Assembly: GCF_020745735.1 (NCBI RefSeq)
Contig: NC_083409.1
Span: forward strand, 18,682,341 to 18,746,340
Source of the DNA: Hemiscyllium ocellatum
Taxonomy: Eukaryota
Length of the DNA: 64,000 nucleotides
Direction: 5' to 3'
The notes under the pieces: model-generated
The model's database searches: none
What the model saw: the letters and a program-made list of their open reading frames with translations, nothing else
What the model was told of the DNA's origin: nothing
Shown: positions 12,898 through 23,470 of the stretch, in pieces
Numbering within the stretch: the first letter of the stretch is position 1
Layout of the letters: each line of letters begins with the position of its first letter
Program-made: the position numbers and the translations under genes

Positions 12898-13769
12898 TTT
12901 TTAATATGTCCTGTCCCAGGGAATCACTGACAAAGAAAATATTTCACCATTTCTGGGAAAGTTGGAGAAATGTTAGATGTCAAGGAGCTGTTTCTCAGCC
13001 TTCAGGGTCTGACAGAAGGATGTGTGTAGGCTGTGGATTCTGGAGACAGATCACTGAGATATTCCTCACTCCCATCAACACCTGACTTTATTCTGACATC
13101 AGTTTCTATTCTTCATTATAAAGTACCCCCACCAGTTTCAGACTAGACATTTCACACCCAGCCCCCATTTCCTCACATTGGAATCAAGAACCAAACTTGC
13201 CCCATCTCAGGATTGCCCTCTGAATGTGGTGTCAGTGTGCTAATGCTGTGTTTGAATGAAAGAGCCACAGTGGAATCTGGGACTGAATCCAAGGGGTTTC
13301 TGATCCACCAGCAGCCTCCCTGCTGTATGAGATTCTGTTTGGATAAGATTTCAGCCCCATGGTTCCCACTGATACGAGAACCATGGAGTGAGATTGCTGG
13401 AGCCACGTGTGGACTGAGGAACACAACAGTCAGGATAATGAGCTGCTCTGGAATCCACCCTGAGCCCTGGATGGTTGTCACTGAGATAGCCCAGGGGCTA
13501 CAGAATATGACAGCAGAAAGTGGAACCAGTTTATCATTGACTGTCCTCCCCAGCCATGACTCCCAGACTCCCCCGGACTGAACATTCTCAATCTGACTCC
13601 AGGGACACACGGGGCAATTCCATCTCATTTGAAGAGTAAAGAAAACCCAGGTCTAATTTATGGAATATTTATTTCCCAAATTGTTCTTATGCAATTGTTA
13701 TTCTGAGTAACAAGGTCCTGCTGGTCATATTCATCAATTTCGGGTTCCCAGTGGCTCTGGCTCCCAAAC

Positions 13770-14330
13770 AGTTGATTTGAATTTCTTGGCTTTTGATCTT
13801 GCTGTGCCTAAGGGATGGGTGAGCGTTGATGGGGAATTTGCATCAGATTATTGTGTTCCCCATTGTCCCCTCCTGATCATGATCCTGATTACAGCCTGGA
13901 GACCTGGACATAACTTTCATCAGATTCTTTATTTCTTGCAGTTCCTCAACTCTACCCACCCAGATTCTACTTCTGACTCTATATCACTTCTTGCTATTGA
14001 TTTAATTTCATTTCTTACTAACAAGGCAACTCTTGCCCCTCTGCCCATCTGCCTGTCCTTTTGATAGGACATATATCCTTGGATATTTAGTTCCCAGCCC
14101 AGAGCCCCTGACAGCCATATCTCTGTGATACCCACAACATCATACCTGCCAGATTCAATCTGCACTACAAGTTCATTCCTGCATTGACTGCACTTCTTCC
14201 CATCATTGTCCTCTTATCTCTTGTGTTTGATGTTCAACTCTTGATCCTTTCCGTACTCTCTGTCCTATTATATCTTCCAGAAACCTGAATAACTTCTCCT
14301 GAGCCCTCCTCCACTTTAACTAGTTTAAAT
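13770..14330 (-). mobile_element. CR1 ORF2 apurinic endonuclease fragment
   Basis: YDVVGITEIWL...LNIQGYMSYQKDRQMGRGARVALLV. Confidence 0.8.
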
Positions 14331-14799
14331 CCCTTGGAAACTCAATTTACCTCAATTTGTGGCATCACTTTGTCTCCCGTACTCGGAATGGTTCATGCAT
14401 TTAGATAAAACCTCTTTAAGTTTGTTCTATTATTGATTTTCCCTGCACATGGTTCCTTTGATATTCAAAAATTCTGCCCCTTCCTTTTATTTTCTGGTAA
14501 CAATCAATCCCATCACTATTCACCAACCTACCTGCTCCTTTCCACTCTATTTCCTCATTTTCCATCCAACTGAACCCAATTATTGGGTCTTTGAGTTGAG
14601 TTCAGGACAATATTTATCTTTGAACCAGCATCATTAACAGTGGTCTTTGATCTCATTGCTTTTCATGGGATCTTGCTGAGTAGAAACTGGCTGCCACTTT
14701 CCCGACATTGTAACAGTGACTGGTTTTCAAACAAAACTGTCTATAAATGTCTTTGGGAGAGTCTGAGGTGTTAAGGGTTCAATTGAACTTCAGTTAGAG

Positions 14800-15490
14800 T
14801 CAGAGATTTGTACAGCACGGAAACCAACCCTTCAATCCAACTTATCAATGCTGACCAGATATCCGAAATTAATCTAGTCCCCTTTGCCAGCATTTAGCCC
14901 ATATCCCTCTGAACTCTTCCTATTCATATACCCATCCAGATGCCTTTTAAATGCTGTAATTCTACCAGCCTCCACCACTTCTTCTGGCAGCTTATTTCAT
15001 ACCTGTACCACCCTCCACATGAAAAGGTTGGCCCTTAGGTCCCTTTTAAATCTTTCCACTGTCACCTTCAACCTATGCCTTCTAGTTTTCAACAGCCCCA
15101 CTCTGGAGAAAAGATCTTCTCTATTCACCCTATCTATGCCCCTCATGATTTTATGAACCATTATATTGTCACCCCTCAGCCTCCAAAGTTGCAGGGACAA
15201 TAGCCTCAGCCTATTCAGCCTTTCCAGATAGCTCAAACCCTCCGACCCTGGCAACATCTTTGTAAATCTTTTCTGAAGCATTTTAAGATTCACAACATTA
15301 TTCCTGTAGCAGGGAGACCAGAATTGCACACAGTATTCCAAAAGTGCCCTAACCAATATCCTGTACAGCCGCAACAGCTCCCAACTCCAATACTCAATGC
15401 ACTGCCCAATAAAGGAAAGCATACTGAACAACATCTTCACCACACTATCGACCTGCAACTCCACTTTGAAGGAACTATACTTTTTTTTTG
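14800..15490 (-). mobile_element. CR1 LINE 3' fragment
   Basis: ORF 14997-15527: LYRILVRALLEYCVQFWSP...LQKRFTKMLPG. Confidence 0.85.
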
Positions 15491-17422
15491 AATGAACTGT
15501 GAATCCTTCAGTTGTGAAAGATGCCATTCCATGTCACCATTGGAGGAAGAGCAGGCAGTTCCCCCAGTGCCCTGGTTAATACTTATACCCCAATCAAAAT
15601 CAATAAAAATCTATTTCCCTGCTAATTATCATAATGTGTTTGGGATCTTACTGTGCACACTCTGCTGGAAAGAGCCATTGGGGCATCCTGAGTTGGGGAC
15701 AGGTGCCACACAAATTCAAGTCTTTCTTTAAAGTTGGAGCTTCCTGATCCTGACCCTCACCCATTGTCCGTGCACTCTCACCTTCCAGGGGTCATTGAGT
15801 CATTAGGAGAAGTGACCTTGTCTGACCCTGGGGCAGTGAGAATCTTTGTAGCCTCACCCTTGACCTCAGCCCATTGGTGTGCAGCAAGGTTTGAAATGTA
15901 ATCTGGAACCTTCCACATGGACACCCAATGAAGTGTGTGGATCCAAGTCTGCTCCAATGTTCTCAGATAAAGTTCTCCTGATCTGTGGGTGATAGCAGGT
16001 TTGTTAAAGATGTATTGAGCTCCATCCTACTTTCCAGCTTTTCTCCATAGCTCTGGAGGTTTCGCTGTTTCAAGTGAATATTCAAGTGTTTTTTCAATGT
16101 GATGATGGTTTTGGCCTCTCCCACCCTTTCAGTCAGCAAGTCCCAGATCTCACCAGCCTCTGGGTGGAAACAGTTACTCCTCAACTCCCCTCAAACCCTG
16201 CCCCAATTCATTTCAATCTCTCCCCATGGCTATTGCTTCTCTGCTGATGGAAATCTGTCCTTCCTACCCACTCTGTCCAGGGCCCTTATCATTTTACACA
16301 TCTCGAATGCTCCACCCTTCAATACAATCACAGCCGATCATCCAACACAATCCCCTGTTCCTCCTTTCTCCCCACATTCTTTGATCCCTTTAATCCTAAG
16401 AACAATATTTAATTCCTTCTTGAACACATACCACATCTAATTCCCTCATACTGGAAGAATGGATGAGAATTATTGGGTTGTTATTTTTTGACCAGTATGG
16501 ACACAATGGGCTGATGGGCCTTTTGGGTCTCTATGATTCTATGATTGTATATTATGAATAACTGGGTACCAAGGACTGACCCCTGTAGTATGACAATTGG
16601 TAACTACCTGCCATTCAGAAAAAGACTTGTTGTTTCTGTCCTGTCTGCCGACCAGTTCCCAATCCATGTCAGTACATGACCTCAATCCTCTTGTTCATTG
16701 GGATTTTCCTGATTCAGTTGGACATATTTCATCCTGTCAGTTCTTTGCCTTCCTCAGGTCCTGTTCAATGTCACCCCTGCATTTTCTATCCTCCTCTCAG
16801 CTTTCTGCAGGTTTGATCTCCAGATAACCAACATCACCATCCCTGTTTGGTCTTCCCTACTCTGCTGCCTTTTGACATTCCAGGCTGAGAGTCTATATTT
16901 GGGAGTCTCACCCTTACTCATTGTGGGAACAGATTCTGAACAATCTCTGTCTCATCCTTCGAGGTCTCCCACTGCCCTGACACTGATTTTCCATCATGTA
17001 CTTGATTTCAGTCCACTTTGCTAAATCACCGCACAGTTTAGTAAAATAGTTCATTCCCAAATGAAAACTTTTACACTTGCTCCATTGTTCTCCATTTCCA
17101 TCCGTACACTCAATCTGAGTTCTGATCACTGTCACTGAAATGCTCCCCCATTGATAGCCCTTCCAGCTGCCCACATTCATTCCCTAAATGATGGTCTAAA
17201 ACTATCCCTTCTCTTTCAGGGGCAATTAGGGATGGGCAATAAATGCTGGTCCTGGCAGTGACTCTCATATCCCATGAAGCAATTTAAACAATACCTGTTC
17301 TTTTGTCGGGTCTATTCTGTATTGACTATAAATGTTCAATATGATTGTATTGCCAGTGAATATACTGAGAGTCAAAATCCATTTGCTTTGCAGGGATTAA
17401 AATTGTTTCTCTTGTCTTTCAG

Positions 17423-17729
17423 GCCGTGAGAACTCTCAGCCCAAGCTGACCCTGCTGCCCCCCTCCCCGGAGCAGGTCAATGCCAAGGGCACTGCCACCC
17501 TGGTGTGCCTTGCCAATCACTTCTATCCTGATGAACTGGAGGTGCAGTGGAAGAAGGACGGTGCAGTCATTTCGGACGGGGTTCAGACCAGCAACCACCT
17601 GCGAGCTTCGGACAGCACCTACAGTGTCAGCAGCCTGCTGACCCTCTCTGGGTCTGACTGGGAGTCGAACACTCGCTTCTCCTCCCCTCTCCCCTCAGCA
17701 AGAGCATCAGGAGATCAGAATGTGTGTAG
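17423..17729 (+). pseudogene. IGKC: Ig kappa-type light-chain constant exon C1, 22-bp frameshifting deletion
   Basis: Acceptor tttcag at 17417-17422; RENSQPKLTLLPPS...VCLANHFYPDELEVQW...; lacks tgcgctctcacccatgtgaccc of C2, which removes the second domain Cys. Confidence 0.93.
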
Positions 17730-18250
17730 AGTGTTTGAGACAGTCCACAGAGGAGACACAACTTTAAATAGAACAGGGCTGAGCTGGCAGGACAAAGGTC
17801 ATTGTTAGCACTGAATTTCAACTCCCTTCCTTCTCAGGACTGGCTCAGAGATACATCTGAGGTTTGGATGTTGAAGTCGGTCACTGCGACAGTATCAAGA
17901 GACTTTGCGCTATGTCAAAGCTCATGTTGTCCTTGTCTGGGGAGTGTTTGATTGGGAAGTGTTGACTGTATGCCAAGTAAAATCTCTTGAAGTTGCTGAA
18001 GACTGTCAGCTGTACAAAACAATGTGAACCTCAGAAGTCTCTGCTTCAGTAAACCAGATCTTCTTCCTGCTCCGCTGTCAGTTCCAATTTAAGGTTTTAT
18101 CACTGTTAAAAGGGACAGGATTCTCATGTTATTGACCAAATCTTCACAAGTGTTTTCCTCAAACGCCATTGTGGCTGTGAATTTGAGCAGCTTCCTCTGT
18201 CTGGGCTGTTAGTTGCAGTTTTTTTCTGTCAATGTGAACGTGGAAAAGGG

Positions 18251-18256
18251 AATAAA
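18251..18256 (+). promoter_or_regulatory. Poly(A) signal of C1
   Basis: AATAAA conserved at the same position in all three 3'UTR copies. Confidence 0.7.
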
Positions 18257-18587
18257 GATGAAGATTCAATCTCTGTTTCCGTGTGCTTTGGAAATAGATG
18301 ACCGCCTCCCCCTCCCCAGTTGATTGGCTGCATTTCAGCAGGTCATTGTCACAATTGGTTGCTTGGCCTGTCAATCAATTACAATCATCTATCATTAATC
18401 ATTTTCAAATGATCCCTTTGGTCAGGAATTTATGAAGGTTACAAGATTCCAAAAGGAACAGAAACTCAATAAGTACAACCCGACGCATTACTTCCAGGCC
18501 CAGCTGATGGGATTGCACTGTGCAATCTCTGTGGCATGTTGGGTAGCCCCTGAAACAATCTTCAGCCATTCACAGACATTGTCGGCT

Positions 18588-18853
18588 GTGTCTCTCTCAG
18601 TGTGTGTGTTACTTAGTGCAGCCTGTAGGTGTCTTTCTCAGTGCGAGTGTGTTACTCTGTGCTGCCTGTAGGTGTCTCTCTCAGTGCGAGTGTGTTACTC
18701 TGTGCTGCCTGTAGGTGTCTCTCTCAGTGCGAGTGTGTTACTCTGTGCTGCCTGTAGGTGTCTCTCTCAGTGCGAGTGTGTTACTCTGTGCTGCCTGTAG
18801 GTGTCTCTCTCAGTGCGAGTGTGTTACTCTGTGCTGCCTGTAGGTGTCTCTCT
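18588..18853 (+). repeat. 43-bp minisatellite, ~6 copies
   Basis: Unit gtgtctctctcagtgcgagtgtgttactctgtgctgcctgtag starts at 18629, 18672, 18715, 18758, 18801, plus degenerate end copies. Confidence 0.95.
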
Positions 18854-19799
18854 GAGGTCTGTGTCTCCGAGCGATGGATTGAGAATGGGCTTTGTGCTGG
18901 GGATTGAAGATCAGGCTTTCATCTTCTCAAATCATGAATGAAAAACAGTTCTGCTGATTCAGTCTGAGATAGCAGTTCATTCAGATGGCCAAAGTTAAAA
19001 AGCACACAAAACCAGGTTATAGTCAAACAGGTTTATTTGGAAGTAGAAGTGCTCGGTGCGCTGTTCCTTCATCAAGTAGCTGGAGGGGCAGGATCACAGG
19101 ACACAGAGTTTATAGTGTTTCATATGGCAGCTGAGAGTGTATTCTCGGTAAGGGAGGGGTTTCAGAGGCAGTGGGCACTGTGCTCCCTAATGTGTTGCCC
19201 AATTACAAGGGGATTTTCTGGATACAGGTTCAGAGCAGTAGTGGCTGCCTGCCCAGCCAATGCTGGCTCACCATAGTTGTATTTCAGTTGTCAATTAGCC
19301 CGAAATTAGGAGCAGCAATATTACCTTCCAGGGAGGGGAGCTGTCTGAGGGAGGGAGGTTGAATTCTTGCAGCTCCAAGAGAGGTTGCCGTGGATTAATG
19401 ACAGGTATGACCACCATGAAGGTGCCAAGTTCTCTCCTCCTGTCCCAGCTGTGATGCCCCTCAGGTTAAAAACGTAACTGTGCTCCTTTAGGATGATGAC
19501 CATGTTCCTGGATGAGGTAGGAAGGGAAGGTCAGCCTCTCCCAAAGGCAGCACAAGCTGGATCAAAGGGGCATTAAGAGTAAGCATGGGGAGATTGAGGG
19601 TGACAGAAGGAGGGGGTTGGTTCGCAGGTTGTTATTCAGTCAGGTCGCAGAGTCCTGCTCCTTGGATGCTGCCTGACCTGCTGCACTTTTTCAGCACCAC
19701 ATTTTCAGCTCTGATCTCCAGCATCTGCAGTCCTCCCTTTCTCCTATCAATACTTCTGACAGTCCCCATTTATTTTTCTTAGCACCTCTGACACTCCTG

Positions 19800-20560
19800 T
19801 TTATTTTTTTTTCTATTGCCCTACTCTACTGCCTAACAGTGGTCTTGCTTATTTTTTCCCCAGCACCCATGTTGTGTGTGTGCAGGTGTGAGACACAGTG
19901 AGAGACACAAGGTGTCCGAAACTTGATTCAGTTTCCACCACCAGGAGTGGCTTGTGACAAGCAGTGCCCTTCACATCAAAGGGCAATGCTGTGTGATCAA
20001 ACAGTGAAGGGGAGGGCAGGGATTAAATCAAAATAGAGTTGGAGGGGGATATAATGCCTTCCACTCCCTGTGGCGCCCCCCTTTCCTTGAACAACTCCAG
20101 GGTGTTGCCGGACACCGCGTGCTCCCTCTCCAAGGACACCCGGGTTCTAACGTAACCAGGGAAGAGGAGCAGGCAGTCCGCCCTCACGACCCCTCCACGG
20201 CCCGCTGCCTGGATCTGTTCATGGCCAGTTTGGCCAGGCCCAGGAACAGACCCACGAGCAGGTCTTCAGACATGCCCTCCCTCCTCCGTACCAGGTGCCC
20301 GAAGATCAGGAGCGTGGGACTGAAGTGCAACCAAAAACAGAGGAGGAGGTTTTTAAGAAAATCAAGAAGGAAGTGCAAATGCCCACACCCAATGTACACG
20401 TGGTCCATGGACTCCACAGCACCACAGAACAAGCAGTTGTGCTGGGAGTCTGTGAACCACCGCAATCTGCGGTTGCAGGGGACTGCTGCATGCAGCACCC
20501 TCCACCCCAGATCCCTGAGAGAAATGGGGAGGACTCCCACTTAGAGAGCCCTCCACCGGG
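19800..20560 (-). mobile_element. Tx1/L1-clade LINE 3' end
   Basis: ORF 20184-20540 DLGWRVLHAAVPCN...CLFCGAVESMDHVYIGC (C-terminal CCHC), 3'UTR and A-rich tail; absent from unit 2. Confidence 0.85.
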
Positions 20561-23005
20561 GATCCCTCACCTGACCTCGAGCTCTCTGAGGCTAAAACGT
20601 CTGTCCTCAGGAAAAGGCTCACAGTCAGTCCCGCCCAACCCCACCTCAACAAAACGCGCACCCGCCACGAGCGGAGCTCTTCTTCCGCTGCCTCTACCTC
20701 CGTGTCTTTTTCTTTAACAAAAACTCCCAACCTCCCTCTGAGGACCCCTCGTCCCACCTCCAACATTCCTCCTTCACTTGGTCACCCCCCCAATCCCCCA
20801 CCACCAGCTGTGTACACATCCTAGACCTCTTCAGTGCTGACCACTGAGGTGACATTAGCAGCCTCATTTTCTCCATGTCCTCCCGCAACCCCGTCACCCT
20901 CTCCAACCATCCCTACTCTGATTGAGGACTCCACTTTCTCTGCACCAACCCCTGGTTCACTATCAAGCCCACTGACAAAGGTGGGGTGGTGGTAGTCTGG
21001 AGAACAGACCTAAATGTCACATAGGGCGAATGCCAATTCTCCAACACCATGCCCTAAATTTCCCTTGCCCATGACCCCGCGGTGACCCATCAGGCCAAAA
21101 TCACTTACATTATCAGTGTCCCCATTGCCTCCAGTGATCTCCCCTCCATTGCCTCCAATCTCATATACCCCCAGCCCCACAATGCCCAGTTCTATCTGCT
21201 CCTCAAGATCCACAAGTCCAACTACCCCGGCTGACCCATTGTCTCAGCATGCTCCTGCTCTACCGAACTCCTCTCATCCTACCTCAACTCTCCTCCTTGT
21301 TTCAGGCACTTCCCACCTACATCCGCTACACCAACCACACTCTCCATCTCTTCAGTAACGTCCAGATCCCCAGCCCTGAGCACTTTATCTCCACTATGGA
21401 TGTGCAATCCTTATATATGTCCATACCCAATAAGGATGGCCTCCAGACCCTCCACCTTTTCCTCTGCAACAGACCCATCCAGTCCCCCTCCACCAATACC
21501 CTCCTCCGCCTTGCTGAACTAGTCCTCACCCTCAACAACGTTTACTTTAACTCTTCCCATTTCCTCCAAATCCAGAGAGTGGCCATGGGCACCCAGATGG
21601 GCCCCAGCTACGCTTGCTTCTTTATCGACTATGTTGTACAGTCCCTCTTCAGTATCTACTCAGGCACTGTGCCCCAACTCTTCCGCCATTACATCAATGA
21701 CTGCATCAGTGCAGTGACCTGCACACAGGCTGAACTGGAGCAGTTCATCGGCTTTGCCCACAACTTCCACCCCGTCCTCAAATTCCCTTGGTCCATCTCG
21801 GACACCTCCCTCCCCTTTTTTGACCTCTCCATTTCCAATTCTGGTGATAATCTACAGACAGACATTTACTACAAACCCACAGACTCCTATATCTAACTGG
21901 ACTACACCTCCTCTCACCCAGTATCCTGTAAGAACTCCATTTCATTCTCCCAATTCCTCTGCCTCTGCCCCATCTGCTCAGATGAGGAGACATTCCACTG
22001 ATCACAGATGTCCAACTGTTACGAACAATGTGCTTTTCCTCCTTCTGCCATCCACTGCACCAGGTCTATTTCCTGTTCCACTGCTCTAAACCCACCCCCC
22101 TCTAAATACAATAAAGGCAGAATCCCTATTGTTGTCACTAATCACCCCAGCAATCTCTGAATCCAACGCATCATTCTTGAACACTTCCATCAACTCTAAC
22201 TAGACAACACCACCAAATACATCTTCCTCTCCCCACCCCTGGCTGCCTTCCACAAGGACCATTCCCTTCGATAATTCTTGATCTGTGCCACTCGCACTGC
22301 AACCATCCCGAACCCCTCGGTACCTTCCCCTGCAACCTGAAAACATGCAAAGGCTGCTGGTACACCAATCCCACACCTCCATCCAGGGCCCCAAACAGTC
22401 CTTCCAGGTAAGACAGAGGTTCACCTGCTTCTCCTCCAACCTAGATTACTGCATCAGGTGTTCCCCATGTGGTCTTCTCTACATCGGGAAGAGCAAACGT
22501 AAACTGAGGAACATTTCACCGAACATCTCAGCCGGACCCACAGGGGCTGAGCAGTCCTACCAGTCAGCACCCATTTTAATTCCCCTTCCCACTCCATTTT
22601 TGACATGACCATCATTGGCGTCCTCCATTGCCACAATGAACCAAACCACATATTGGAGGAACAACATCTCATCTTCCTTCTGGCAGCATACAGCCCAGAT
22701 GACTCAACATTGAGTTCTCCAATTTCAAATAACCTCCCTTCCCATCCCCTGACTCCCTTCCCAGCACCTCTCCCTCCCTTCCACTACTCCCTTACACCTA
22801 CCAGATTCATTCCTCCCACTGACCAACCAGGTCATACCCTCCACCTGTCATCACCTATCCCCACTTCATCATCCTGTCCCCCACCACCTCTTTATCTGCA
22901 GCTCTCCCTACACCCACCCCCATTCCTGAAGAAGGGTTCCACCTGAAACATCAGCTTCTCCACCGCCTGATGCTGCCTGACTTGCTGTGTTCTTCCAGCC
23001 TCCTG
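20560..23005 (+). mobile_element. Penelope-like element (Neptune-type) with RT and GIY-YIG, decayed
   Basis: ORF 21249-21896 TMDVQSLY...VAMGTQMGPSYA...HYINDC; ORF 22285-22608 DYCIRC..CGLLYIGKSKR; hammerhead core 22926-22952. Confidence 0.9.
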
Positions 23006-23099
23006 CCTGTCATTGAATGGAACCAGCAGGAAAGGGTCAGACAATCAAGGGTGAGGCTCACAAACAAATGGGAATGGGACGTGCTACAGACAGATGCAT

Positions 23100-23470
23100 T
23101 GAGACAGTCAATCACAAAGAGAAGACCAAACTGGAAATGCAACGCTAATACACAGTGGATGGAATTTAATATCAGAAAGTGTGAGACCATGAACTTGGGC
23201 CAGAATAATCTAAAGGCTGACTATTATTTAAATAGTGAGAGATTCCAACAAAGTGCAGTACAGAGTGATCAGGGTAGTATTGTGCACGGGACACTGAAAG
23301 TTAGTGCAGGTACAGCGAATAATTGAGAAGGTGAATGGAATTTTCACCTTTATTGCTGGGGGTTGGAATTTAAAAGCAGAGAAGTCTTGTTAAAACTGTA
23401 CAGGATATTAGTGAGGCTGCATCTGGGGTATTGTATGCAATTTTGGTCTCTGTATTTAAGAAAGGATGGA
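23100..23470 (+). mobile_element. CR1 fragment shared by both duplication units
   Basis: MEFKSREVLLKLYRILVRLHLGYCMQFWS; paralog at ~52790-53110. Confidence 0.8.

Noticed and set aside
13173-13628. Overlapping 151-aa (-) and 122-aa (+) ORFs checked as a possible V segment
   Set aside because: No correctly spaced Cys/Trp/YYC, no RSS, no recognisable domain.
16700-16709. GGGATTTTCC NF-kB-like site ~715 bp upstream of C1, in a segment deleted from unit 2
   Set aside because: GGGRNWYYCC is expected ~8 times by chance in 64 kb on two strands, also occurs in a CR1 at ~5514, and is absent upstream of the intact C2.
18588-18853. Regular 43-bp repeats as a CRISPR-like array
   Set aside because: No unique spacers and eukaryotic context; it is a minisatellite.
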